Positions 25,930-37,955 of a DNA stretch of 64,000 bases are shown one piece after another. Source of the DNA: Octopus vulgaris (Eukaryota); contig OX597814.1 in NCBI GenBank assembly GCA_951406725.2, positions 50,716,001 to 50,780,000 of the forward strand, read 5' to 3'. The notes under the pieces are model-generated. The model had not been told where the DNA came from and did not search any database. It saw nothing but the letters and a program-made list of their open reading frames with translations. Each line of letters begins with the position of its first letter. The first letter of the stretch is position 1. A program made the translations under genes and the position numbers.

Positions 25930-26280
25930 GTAGAAACAGAATTCTTATATAAGACTGGCTCCATTTATCTTTTTTAAGGTTCTGAGAGTGACTAGCATCA
26001 ACAATTTTCGACGACAAATTTCAGGAAGCAGACAACCTTTTTTCACCATTCTTATTTCTCGCTAGAGAATACTCTCTGCACTATATTACTGTCACTTTTT
26101 ATCTTGTCAAAACCTTTTTATCCAGTTAACATTATATGCAACCATCAGCAAAACAAGGCTTTATCAGATCTTTCCAGCATGAGAGTCTGATCTTGGGATT
26201 AGATATTTTTCATGATAGGGGATACTCTCTCAACAGTTGCTGAGATTCCAAATAAACAAAAGACAAACTAGGTAACGTAC
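25930..26280 (-). mobile_element. Decayed L1/Tx1 ORF2 C-terminal fragment
   Basis: Loose similarity of translated pieces to Tx1 ORF2 ends. Confidence 0.3.
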
Positions 26281-27158
26281 ATGAAATTAGAAAGTTGGAT
26301 GTTGCTGCTGTTTTTTTTCTTGTTGACTTTTTGTTAAGTTCTTGAACGATTGAATCCATTTTCCTGCATAATTGATCAGTGTCTTTTCCCAGCCTTCTAT
26401 TTCAGTATAGTCAGCCTCATTTTGCTTTGCGACCACAACCTCATCAAAAAGATTATCAACACTATACTATGGATATTCTATATATGTTATCGATATATTT
26501 TGATTTTCCAAATTTTCTTATGAATATATTTCTCTCTTTACTCATTTCTGAACATCTAAGTCCCCAAAACTATTCTCCTAGTACCATAAAAAACAGTTTT
26601 CATGGACACCATTAACGTAATCGTGTTTTGTTTTTAATTGAAATTAACTTACGTAACAAGAAATTTATTCCTTGTGAAACGCAACTGTTATTTTTCTTGT
26701 CTTTCAAATTAATCTCCAGGATATGCTGTTAATTAACAGCATTTGTAATACAAAGATTATTTTTCTATCTATCATTAATATTTGCTCTCTCAGAAGAAGG
26801 CCTTTAGGGAGACCCCGGATTTGATGTTAGAAATTAAGGAAGAATTCACAGATTCATGTATTATTCTCGGACCTGAGACCTACACTGACTGTTTCTAACA
26901 AAGTAATCTGCTAAAGGTACCCAAGGCTTAGATGGTGGTGTCAAATCAGGTGTTGTATGAAGTCAACCACTTATGAACAGATACATTCTGTCTGACGGGC
27001 TTCCAAATAGTATGCGCCTACCCAAATTCGCTTGAAAGCCTTAAATTTAGTCGAGGCTGTAGTAGAACACACTACTAATTGCTAATCAATCTACTTAATA
27101 ACAGAGCTTTGAAGTTATTCAACAAATGTAGTAGCTCGTAAACTAACTATATATACTA

Positions 27159-27550
27159 CTAGCAGTATCGCACGGCGTTGCTCGGGTTTGTTTCGACCCT
27201 TTAGAATTGGAATTTTTGAAATGTAAAAATTTAGCATTATGTAGCTTGTTATTCTCTTTAAGTGAACATTTTTCTGGTTGAAATACACCGAAAAATGGTG
27301 ACACAGCAGTCAAAAAATCGTAAAAAATAGGGATTTTCATAGAAAAAAAGCACCTTTTTTATGTAAATAATTTTTGGTGTTAACATGGTCTGATTTGAAT
27401 TTTTTCTTCTACGGAAGGAAGAGTAAGCCTTCTTCTATCATACTCTCAATTTTGGTCAACTTGCGACGCAGGGTCTCGGAGAAGATAGTGTTAGTTGAAG
27501 GCTACCAAACCTGCCATACACAGACAACTTCAGCTTTATATATAGAGAGA
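27159..27550 (-). mobile_element. Non-autonomous Helitron
   Basis: Minus strand reads A|TCTCTCTATATATAAAG...CCCGAGCAACGCCGTGCGATACTGCTAG|T: 5' TC, subterminal GC-rich hairpin-like motif, 3' CTAG, A/T target, no TSD. Confidence 0.85.
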
Positions 27551-28100
27551 TAATACTTATTTATCCACATTTGGACTCAGAAAATAGAGACGTACGAAAT
27601 GCCGCTAAGCATTTTAACCTGCGTGCTAACGCTTGTGCCAGTTTGCCACCTTAGGATAGTTAAATATCAAAAGTTGTTACTTACCGATATGTAATTATAA
27701 TTCGTAAATGATGGTGTAAATAAATACTGTGCGATGTTTGCAATTGTAACCCGAGGGTGGCTGCGGGTTATGCCGCAAGAGCTAAAACCACAGCCTCAAC
27801 ATCAACCTTAGCAACTTACTGCGTTTGTACCAGATACTTTAGACGTTGCTGTAACAAGAGATATTTTATAGGTTTTTACTTTTAAATAGTCTTCAGTATC
27901 CACACTTTCTTTACATTTTACCGTGAATGCTGACCTACCCTGAACATGATCTCGGGTTTCTTCTTCTCCTGCTTCCTACAGAAAGGGGGGAATTTTTCAA
28001 CTTCTATATATAACAATATATTTGTATTTCTGTTAGGAACTGTTGTCTGGGATGAATTAGTTAACGAATATCTTTCATTGTCTACAGCTATAAGCCTATG

Positions 28101-28183
<83 letters not shown>

Positions 28184-28599
28184 TGTAAACATAACGCCAA
28201 AATTTGAATGAATGACAGAGTCGGCAGAGTGCCGGAAAAAGTGGCATGCAGTATACACTTAAGTTCTCATTTCGAATCTATCCGGGTTCGGCTTTGCCTT
28301 TCATCTTTACGGAATCGATAAAATAAGTACAATAATATACTATGATAGTGAAAGTAGACTGAATCGATACTTCTTTGCATATGAATTTGTATCACCGTGC
28401 AAAACTATAAATCACGCCCTTCCCACTTTATCTCTCTCCAATCATCCTATCCTTTTTTTCTCTCTCTTTTTGTTTCAATTTTTTTATTTTGGGGGTCCGA
28501 GCGACTCCGGAAAGATATATTTCAATTGAACTCTTATTGAGTATATGTATGCTTATTAGAATCAATCAGTTCTTACTGCCGTAACTACAGGACTAGGTG

Positions 28600-30130
28600 C
28601 ATTATTCTACAAATGTTTGTTCTACATCTCATTTTACTTCACATTTGCCGATTCCCATCGCCTGGGATCTTTTTTGCAGTATTGAAGTCGACGGCATACG
28701 GACAAAAATAATACGAAATTGTGGAAACACCACAAATGTCGGCAAATGAGCATGAAAACTGCTCGTTGCACGTTTCATAATCTTTTTACAAAATGATTCA
28801 ACTTTTAAGATGGAAGATCGTCGTGTCACGACACAATCTTCGACTTAATATTTTAAAGAAAACTGCAGAGCTGCTCGTGACCACAATTTGGACCCAATCT
28901 TCATCTTGAAAATGAGTGATCAAACTGAAACTTACCCTGAAAATGTAACTATGGAATCGAGAAAAATGTAACTGGGGTTGATTTTCCACTTCATGTAGGG
29001 AAAGAGATGAATAACTGGATTCGGAAGTCAAAATTGAACTTCTAAATGTTATTACGGTTATATTGAATGAACATGAAATGATGAATCAAGTTTCTGGTGA
29101 CCAACTGAAGCTTTTAAATGCGGTAAATGCAATAATATTTTCTACACAGGGCCCGAAATTTTGGGGGAGGGGCCAGTCGATTAGATCGACTCCAGTACGC
29201 AACTGGTACTTAATTTATCGACCTCGAAAGGATGAAAGGCAAAGTTGACCTCGGCGGAATTTGAAATCAGAACGTAAAGACAGACGAAATACCGCTAAGC
29301 ATTTCGCCCGGCGTGCTAACGTTTCTTATCTCTTTATTACCCACAAGGGGCTACACACAGAGGGGACAAACAAGGACAGACAAACAGATTAAGTCGATTA
29401 TATTGACCCCAGTGCGAAACTGGTACTTATTTATTCGACCCCGAAAGGATGAAAGGCAAAGTCGACCTCGGCGGAATTTGAACTCAGAACGTAATGCCAG
29501 GCGAAATACTGCTAAGCATTTCGCCCGGCGAACTAACGTTTCTGCCCGCTCGCCACCTTAATCTCTACAATTCTGCAATGAAGTTCATTAACAGCTGTAA
29601 CATTGGTGGAGTGCAACCCCCTCTATACTCTAACCTCGCAAAAGGGATTTACTGAAATGCTGTTGGGCAATATAAATAAGGTTAGTTGTGTTTGTAATGG
29701 AAAATAACTCGAATAACCCAGCTATGTGAACGCACGATTACAGGTGACAGGGTTCTAAAAGGTGAATATACAGGAGAAACTTGGTCCTGTGCAAAGAATT
29801 AAACTGCATCTTTCTGACACTACTCTTTCATCTACCCTTATGCAATTACAGCTTTTACTTTGAGTGGATTTCGTAGTGACAGTCAGTAGATAAATCTTTG
29901 TATCAGTTATTCAGTAAAAGAACTTTTTTTGCATTTTAAATCTTTCCTGATTGACATATTGCGCAGAGAGAGTATACCAAGAATTACGCAGAGCACTGCG
30001 GGTATAATTTCAATGATGAAAAATACCACTAACATTGTGTACAATGAAATTTTATAATGTTAATGCCCACGATTTTACTTGACTACAAAACAAGTCAGTG
30101 AACTCTGGCGAAAAGCAGGGAGAGCGATAG
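28600..30130 (+). pseudogene. Helitron RepHel (PIF1-like helicase) remnant, interrupted by a SINE-B dimer
   Basis: KFINSCNIGGVQPP...MLLGNINKVSCVCNG...ITQLCERTI...RIKLHLSDTTL...NTTNIVYNEIL* matches EFLNS...G.PPH.L.LK.G..IMLLRN....LCNGTRL...TKNIVY.EIL. Confidence 0.8.
29140..29560 (-). mobile_element. SINE family B dimer
   Basis: Two copies of CGAAAGGATGAAAGGCAAAGT.GACCTCGGCGGAATTTGAA with different tails. Confidence 0.9.
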
Positions 30131-31047
30131 ACTTACTGTGCATGGGTGAAAGAATAAATAGATAGAGAGAGGCGAACAAACTGAGCGTTAATGCGCATAG
30201 GGTATTGAAGCAACCAAAAGGCGACTGGCTTTTCATCGTTGCTTTGAACTAAATGGTATACTTTATAAATGGCAGAGTGAAAGAAGGAACTGTTATATTG
30301 CTAAACTTAATCACAGCAATAAACTAAATTCTGTAGGAACCGTTATTGGTTTTTACCGTTCCTCTACCTGCTTCATAACTTCTTTTTTTTTTTTTTACAA
30401 TGACATAAAACCATAAATTTGTAGGTGAAACCTTTAGTCAGTTAAAATCACTCCATTACATGACTGGTACATTTTTATGGTCTCTTTGGGGGGGGGGGGA
30501 GAAAACACAAAAGGGGAGAGAGTATGTAGATATGAATAAACGGCGTAGCATTTATTGTAATGCATACGTACACAAATAGCTTTGCTTAAAGCACATGTAG
30601 ATATTGTAAAATAGAAGGAATCAAAGAATTTCACAGAGATGCTTTCTGCATGAAGTTAAGTGGAAGCTGATATATTTGATGAAGTGGGATCTATTCAATT
30701 TGACAGACAAATTTTTTAATTATTTTTTTTTTAACTAAACACTTTAAAACTTCGGATACTGGTAGAATGTGTCATAGAATGGGGTTTACTCTTAACGTTT
30801 TTGACAAAATTTTGTATTTTAGAAGTTATTTCGTGTTAAAGTTGTCGTATTTGTGTAATTTTAAACAATCAATTACGTGTATTCAGGTGAAGAAAATTAT
30901 TGCTGCTGTTTGCGAACAACTTCCGGGTCCACTGACAAAGCAATGAGTCTTCATCAACAGAAAAATTTAAACTGAAAATCTCCCCTAACAAAACCCTTTT
31001 TTAATAACCAGAGATGTTTTTATAGCAACATATTTGAGAATGTGTCC

Positions 31048-31087
<40 letters not shown>

Positions 31088-31092
31088 CTCTC

Positions 31093-31195
<103 letters not shown>

Positions 31196-32249
31196 TAATA
31201 ATAGGCAGAAGTTACAGAGTGACAATGGCTAAATTCGTGCTTGATAAGTGGCAATACACGAAACTCTCAGCTTTTGACTTACTCTCTAACTTCTGCCGAT
31301 GATATATATATATATTACATATATGTGTAAAAAAAATCTCATCACGCAATCGAACCAATGAAAGAGCCTCTACCTGGTCGCTCGACACGCACACGCTAAA
31401 AATAGCGGCCGAAGTATCCCTCTACCTAAATCACACGCCCATTGTATGTAATGTCCCAGATTATCCGTAAAAAGACGGTTTGCTGAAGGCTGGAGTGTCT
31501 TTGATGATAGGTTTGCTGTATCAGGGTCTTGTTTTGACCAAGATAGCAGGTATCCAACGTCCTCAGGGTGTTTCAGTTTTATACGATGGTGAATTTTTGG
31601 TTTGGTCATCAACACTTCATCGTTTGCCTCTCCTGTATATCGACCTAAAATCATTATTCTCGTAAAGCACATCATCATCTTGTTGTTGCCTTTACCTCCT
31701 ATCACCATTATGAGTTGAATACAAGCAAGTTCAATCAAACTGTATTAAAAAGAATTCTCTTTTTTCGCCCACTTTATGCAAAAAATATGAAGTATAAATT
31801 CTCATCTTTTTTCATTGTTTTACGTGACACCACACAGTAGAAGGCACATCCAATTTTTTAAAAGGAATTTTGAAATAAAATGTAATTCAAACACAGGAGG
31901 GATATGTAAAAAAGTCTAATCTCATTGATACATTGTTCGTTCTTGGAACTGATCATCATGTCCAGAACGGAGTCTTCATACACTATGCATAATTTTTGCT
32001 CTCGCTCGTCGAGATTTTTCAACCTTCTACCAATCTTCTTCATCCTCCATCTACTTCCTGTACTTGCAAGTGGATTGGAATGCACTGCTGGTGGGAGATT
32101 CGAGATCATCTGCATCTAGAGCCGAAGACGTAGCAATCTTTTCCACACTTTCGGAGTTTCGACTGGTGGTTAAATTAGAACAGTAGTTTTTGATAACTGA
32201 TACTGTTTAGTTCTGCCGCCTGCTGCTCTTCCTCTGTCTCTCTCTCTCT

Positions 32250-32297
<48 letters not shown>

Positions 32298-32749
32298 CTT
32301 TCTCTCTCTCTCTCTTTCTTTCTCTCTCTAAAAATCTTCAAAGTAAAAGCATTCGAGTGGCACTTGCTGCCAAACTATAACCGTTGGGTTTTCTACTCTT
32401 CACTGCCAGTCTTAATGCTTCTGTTTCTTCATCCATAATAGATGGTCCTAGTGAGGACTTGCAAATCCATCGTGGTTCTTCACAATTACATTTCACTTGT
32501 CTTCATCTACACTCTTATTATCAGTCCAAAGGTATCAACGTCGCCAATACTGCTGACTGTTATTCTTTTACTGTGATGACACCTTTACTGTGATATAAGC
32601 CTTTGACTTGGTGTTTATCGTATTATCTCAACCTAACGTTTTACCTTCGCTCAGTCTAAAGCACCGGGCACACAACTCTGTCAAAAGAAATTACACTAGT
32701 CCACACATTAGACACAGCTTCCATCAATTTGCTTATTGAGGATATGATA

Positions 32750-33015
32750 GAGAAAATGCTACATAAGTGAAAATACATGCTGTCATTGCTGTTATATATG
32801 TGGTACACAGCTATTTAGAAATTGCCAACTTTCTAAATGTTGCGCGATCTTTTGTACAGAAAGCTTGGATGGAATTGGAAGCTTCTGACCAGAATGTGTC
32901 AAAGAGAAAAAGACATTCTAAACGTTTGGACTCTATAAGAACACCGTACTTCATCCAATAGCTTCAAAACATTACTGATGATGATCCTGGAAAGATAATG
33001 AGGGTTCTCACTAAA
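32750..33015 (+). pseudogene. Tc1/mariner-superfamily transposase N-terminal HTH remnant
   Basis: KIHAVIAVIYVVHSYLEIANFLNVARSFVQK...KRKRHSKRLDSIRTPYFIQ*LQNITDDDPGKIMRVL. Confidence 0.7.
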
Positions 33016-33280
33016 CAAAGGGACTTTAATCACAGATTCTAACAGAGTGATACCATGGAAGTTATGACGTAAAGAGTTAGGTCTTTTGCCTGTATTTTGG
33101 GCCCTATGCCATCAGTCCAGTCCTGTAAAGTTGGAATCCCCTTTCAGCAAGCATCTATCACCCTATGTATTGAAGATGCTGCAATATTGCCTCCTGCTCA
33201 CAAGAAAAGTGTGTGTGTGTGTGTGTGTATCGGTACCTATTACACACGCACACATACATATTAATATATATATTCCCTTA

Positions 33281-33682
33281 TTCTTTTATTTGTTTCAGTC
33301 ATTTGACTGCGGCCATGCTGGAGCACCACATTCAGTCCAACAAATCGACCTCCGGACTTATTCTTTATAAGCCTAGTACTTATTCTATCACTCTCTTTTT
33401 GCCGAACCGTTAATTCATGGGGATGTAAACACACCAAAATCGGTTGTCAAGCGGTGGTGGGATGACAAACATGCGCACAAACACATACACACATATACAT
33501 GTGTGTGTGTGTGTGTGTGTGTGTGCGACGGGCATCTTTCAGTTTCCGTATACCAAATCCACTCACAAGGCTTTGGTCGACCCAAGGCTATAGTAGAAGA
33601 CACTTGCCCAAGGTGCCACGCAGTGGAACTGAACCCGGAACCATGTGTTTGGTAAGCAAGTTACTTACCACACAGCCAATCC
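33281..33682 (-). mobile_element. SINE family A
   Basis: Full family match on the minus strand. Confidence 0.9.
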
Positions 33683-33702
33683 TATACCTATATATATATA
33701 TA

Positions 33703-34030
33703 GGCGCAGGAGTGACCCTGTGGTAACTTGTTTACCAGCCACATGGTTCCGGGTTCAGTCCCACTGGGTGGCACCTTGGGCAAGTGTTTTCTACTATAGC
33801 ATCGAGCCGACCAAAGCCTTATGAGTGTATTTGGTAGACGGAAACTGAAAAAAGCCCGTCGTATGTGTGTGTGTGTGTGTGTGTGTGTGTCAGTGTCTCT
33901 CCCCCACCATCACTTGACAACCGATGTTGGTGTGTTTACGTCCCCGTAACTTAGCGGTTCGATTTGTTCGAATAAAAGTGGTGCTCCAGCATGGCCGCAG
34001 TCAATTGACTGAAGCAAATAAAAGAATAAA
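33703..34030 (+). mobile_element. SINE family A, head-to-head with the previous copy
   Basis: GGCGCAGGAGTGACCCTGTGGTAA...GGTTCAGTCCCACT..GGCACCTTGGGCAAGT...CCAGCATGGCCGCAGTC. Confidence 0.9.
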
Positions 34031-34042
34031 ATAAATAAATAA

Positions 34043-34094
<52 letters not shown>

Positions 34095-34163
34095 TAATAC
34101 ACCTGTTTGTTGTTTACACACCTGTCTTTGATGGGTTACTCTTAGAGTACAAATTCATCTTTC

Positions 34164-34275
34164 TTAAACAAGAACCTTGTTGATAGTGACTTCGAAGTTT
34201 CGGCCAGCTAAGCAGTCCCACGATGGCTTAGCTGGTCGAAATTTCAAAGTCACTGTCAACAAGAGTCTTGTTTAA
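34164..34275. repeat. Inverted repeat with 50-bp arms overlapping a degenerate hammerhead (34213-34255, +)
   Basis: Arms at 34164-34213 and 34226-34275; CAGT-CCCACGA-TGGCTTAGCTGGTC-GAAA-TTTCAAAG-TC-ACTG. Confidence 0.75.
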
Positions 34276-34346
34276 AAATAATATTTGTGCCTGTGTGTGT
34301 GTGTGTGAAATAGATACACACAAACACATATATACCTGTAATAGAT

Positions 34347-34406
<60 letters not shown>

Positions 34407-34409
<3 letters not shown>

Positions 34410-36170
34410 CAGAGAATTCTTGAAAGCAGGAAGCAGCATTGTAGCATCTGCAATACATAGGATGACTGATGCATGTTAGAAGAGGATTCCGATTCCACAG
34501 GATTGGATTGATATAAAGGCAAAGGACCTAAGTTTTTACGTGATAATTTCCATAGTACTATCCTGTTAGAATCTGTGATTAAAGTTCTCTCGACAGTAAT
34601 GTCAAACCCTATGATGCGTGACAATTGTTCCATAATTTTACCGACAATTCAATCTCACTTCCGGGGCAGAAGAGACATAATGGACATGATTTTCTCGGTT
34701 AAGCAACTTCAGAAGAAATGTGTTGAACATCGAGTGTACTAACATGTACTAGTTGACCTCTAACATGTACTAGTTGACGTTTGATACGGTCAGTCTTCGT
34801 GGGTGATCCTTCACGAACTTGGCTGTCCATTAAAATTTGTGCTCATGTTTAAGCTGTACCAAAAAAGGAAGATGACATTCTAACTCCATTTTTTTTCAAT
34901 ATGTTGCACTGCATTGTTATCTTATATCTTTCCAAACTGTTTTTAATATGTTAAAATAAGCTTTCAAACGTCGAGAAAGATTTTCGACTTGCGCATGATG
35001 TTCAGTAGTAAATCAGACAGATTTCTGGCTCTAGTTAGAGAACTTTTGAATATAGATGATGTTGACTTCATAGCATTTACAGAAGATATGTAGGTGATGA
35101 TGGAAAGGTCTTTCTGCCGAATGCATTGTCATTTTAAAGTTAAAAAAAGACGAAGACGATGTTCGCGCCAGCACCTGGTCAACTCTAAGTGCAGATACTA
35201 TCTACATGAAAAATACGATATTAGAAGTGCACTACCCAGAAATTGCAGTCTGAATTTTTGAAATTATACCGAGAGCCAAAAAAGTAAACACAGCATTTTT
35301 CAAACTTTAGAAAGGGCTATGATCCAACAGAGGTATTACAGTTGACACAAAATTCAGCGTTTAAGCAATCATTATGACAACAGTCTTATATATTTCTGAG
35401 ACATAGACTACTCATATGAGGCATGTAAAAATGTTTGAGAGAGTCCACCAAAAATGCCTCAGAAGAATACTGAAGGGAAAATAGGAAGATTTGCTATCAG
35501 ATACGGAAATACTTCAGCGGGCTGGCTGAGTGTTTATTAAGTCATACATAATACAAAATCAAATGCGACAGGCAGAGAAACTCGTAGGTATGTCAAGTGT
35601 GAGACCATCTGAGCAATCATTTTATGGAGAGTTACAATTTGGAAAACTAGCCAAAGAAACGTTACTAGGAATGTATTTACGACAACTTAGTGAAATTGAA
35701 AATAACTGTTTAATTCTGGGAAAAGAAAGCAACTGAGAGAAATGGAAGGAGATCTCTGGTGAGAGAAGATATTGCTAGTTTTGAGATAAGTAAAAGGCAC
35801 CATGTACAGGTTAATACGTACCTTGCTAAAGGAAGGTATCATAGATGCACCACATGGGATTAAGAGTTGCAAATGCAACCTTTGTGGCAGATATGTCAAA
35901 AGCTGGCTACATAGATCACGCAGTAGTTAGCGCAATCAAGACGCACCTAAGAATGATTTATCACTTTTTTGCGGTAACAATACCTGCGTATTTGTGAGAA
36001 AAATGTCAGAGTAGCCCTGATTTGAAAAGGCAGATGAAAGTGCGTAAGATTACCATACAACAAGCTACATAAACCTTGTCACATATGTTTGAAGTCCTGC
36101 AGGTCAACTGCTGATCTTAAGAGTCATCTCAGAGCACACAGACATAAAGGGGATTATCGGGATGACGTAG
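34407..36170 (+). mobile_element. Decayed RTE-clade LINE (RT through C-terminal zinc fingers)
   Basis: LKAGSSIV...IPQDWID..YKGKG...; FRGRRDIMDMIFSVKQLQKKCVEH; RELLNIDDVD (YADD equivalent); ERVHQKCLRRILK; RPSEQSFYGELQFGK; several CxxC..H motifs. Confidence 0.85.
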
Positions 36171-36752
36171 ATTAATTGAAACAGCTATCATCTGTAAGAA
36201 TGAAGCGATCATCGCGCATATACATATGTTTATATACATGCAGATCTTTCTCTCTCTATATATAGGTATGTAAATATCTGTCCAAATATATTTACATATA
36301 TGAAGCATGTTACATACGAATACATATGCAAACATATTTATATATGTATACACAAACACACATATATATTCACACATATACATACATACGTATATATAAA
36401 GCATGTGTGTGTGTGTGCGTGTGTATATATATATATATATATATGCAAATATACATAAATATAAGAATATGCATACACACTCACATATGAATATATATCA
36501 TAAATATACATAAACATATACATTTATATATACACACATATTTATATTGATGTTTTAATTTGTTCGGTTATTGAACTGCAGCCTTGTTGTATACCAACTT
36601 GAAGGTTTTACTCAAACAATCCAACTCCAGCGATTTTTTAAGCCTAACACCTATTTTATCGACTTCTTTTTGCAGAAACACAACATTACGACTAAAAACG
36701 AAAACGAACGCACATTGCCAAGATGTATGGGGACGAGTACACACATTCACAG

Positions 36753-37105
36753 GTGCAGGCGTAGCTGTGCGGCAAGATGTTTGCTTCCCAAGCACATGGC
36801 TTTAAGTTCAGTCCCAATACATGGTACCTTGGGTAAATATATTTTACTGGGGCCTCAGGCTGACCAAGTCTTGTGAGTGGATTTGGTAGATGGAAACTGA
36901 AAGAAGCCCGCCGTATATATGTATGTATGCATTTGTTTATCCCCAAGCACCATCAGACAGAGTGTTGGCTTCTTTACACCTCCGTAACTTACCGGTTCGG
37001 CAAGAGACCGATAGAATAAGTACCAGACTCAAAAAGAAAATTAGTGCTAGGGTTGATTTGTTCGACTAAACACTGAAGTCCAATAACAGAAGCAAGTAAA
37101 AGATA
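36753..37105 (+). mobile_element. SINE family A (diverged)
   Basis: Family motifs GTGAGTGGATTTGGTAGATGGAAACTGAAAGAAGCCCG and GACCGATAGAATAAGTAC. Confidence 0.85.
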
Positions 37106-37399
37106 ATACATACATACATAGGTACACACACACACACACACACACACCACGGGCTTCTACACAATTTCCGCCAAATTCACTCTCAAGACATCCGTCGGCC
37201 CGGAGTTATTGTAAAAAACACATGCTCATAGTTCGGCGCAATTGGTCTGAGTCTAAAATTATGTGTTCGCAACAGACACGTCTTCGCACGCGATTGTGGC
37301 TGTACCGTAGCTGCAGTCGAACTCATATATATATATATATATATATCTAGTTGTAGTTATTTCACTTATTCATTACGTTGAGTTACGTAATGTATATAT

Positions 37400-37630
37400 A
37401 TTTCTTTATTGCCCACAAAGAGTTTAACATAGAGAGGACAAACAAAGACAGACAAAGGGATTAAGTCGATTACATCGACCCCGGTGCGTAAATGGTACTT
37501 TATTTATCGACCCCGAAAGGATGAAAGGCAAAGTCGACCTTGGTGGAATTTGAACTCAGAACGTAACGGCAGATGAAATACCGCAAAGCATTTCGCCCGG
37601 CGCGCTAACGTTTCTGCCAGCTCGTCGCCC
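37400..37630 (-). mobile_element. SINE family B monomer
   Basis: Reverse complement of the copy at 18920-19153. Confidence 0.9.
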
Positions 37631-37886
37631 TTGAGTTGCGTAATGTATATAGGAATATGGAAACTACGTGAATTTCTCGTGAACCACTTCGAAACCTTAC
37701 AGCCGGATATTTGGTCAAACACCACGAGTGGACCACCACAGTTTCACGTGATCGGTCTATAAATCAACCAATCGGCGTGAGGCTGTGACGTAACATTGTT
37801 TTCTCGATTGTTCTAGAATAAAACCTCTTGTTCCCAATAAAAACCGTTATGGGGCGCTCAATTAATCGCAGAAGGTAACTAACTGA

Positions 37887-37955
37887 GACGTGCGTCCACT
37901 CTTACCATGCAAACACCCAATGGACCTCTGTCCATGGTAAGAGTGGACGCACGTC
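37887..37955. repeat. Perfect 23-bp inverted repeat with a 23-nt loop
   Basis: GACGTGCGTCCACTCTTACCATG / CATGGTAAGAGTGGACGCACGTC. Confidence 0.95.

Noticed and set aside
26785-26925. CAGAAGAAGGCC followed by a long imperfect stem (possible extended-stem-II hammerhead)
   Set aside because: No GAAA or cleavage triplet after the stem.
31370-31738. 122-aa minus ORF, and a neuropeptide-like RRGKR*SVDD in another frame
   Set aside because: Partly overlaps old SINE family D; the alternative frame has several stops and no signal peptide.
31925-32119. Plus-strand ORF resembling a signal peptide (LLPIFFILHLLPVLASG)
   Set aside because: Explained as the antisense of a purine-rich minus frame; no supporting splice structure.
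33703-33775. tRNA genes at SINE heads
   Set aside because: A/B boxes are present, but there is no cloverleaf and they continue into SINE bodies.
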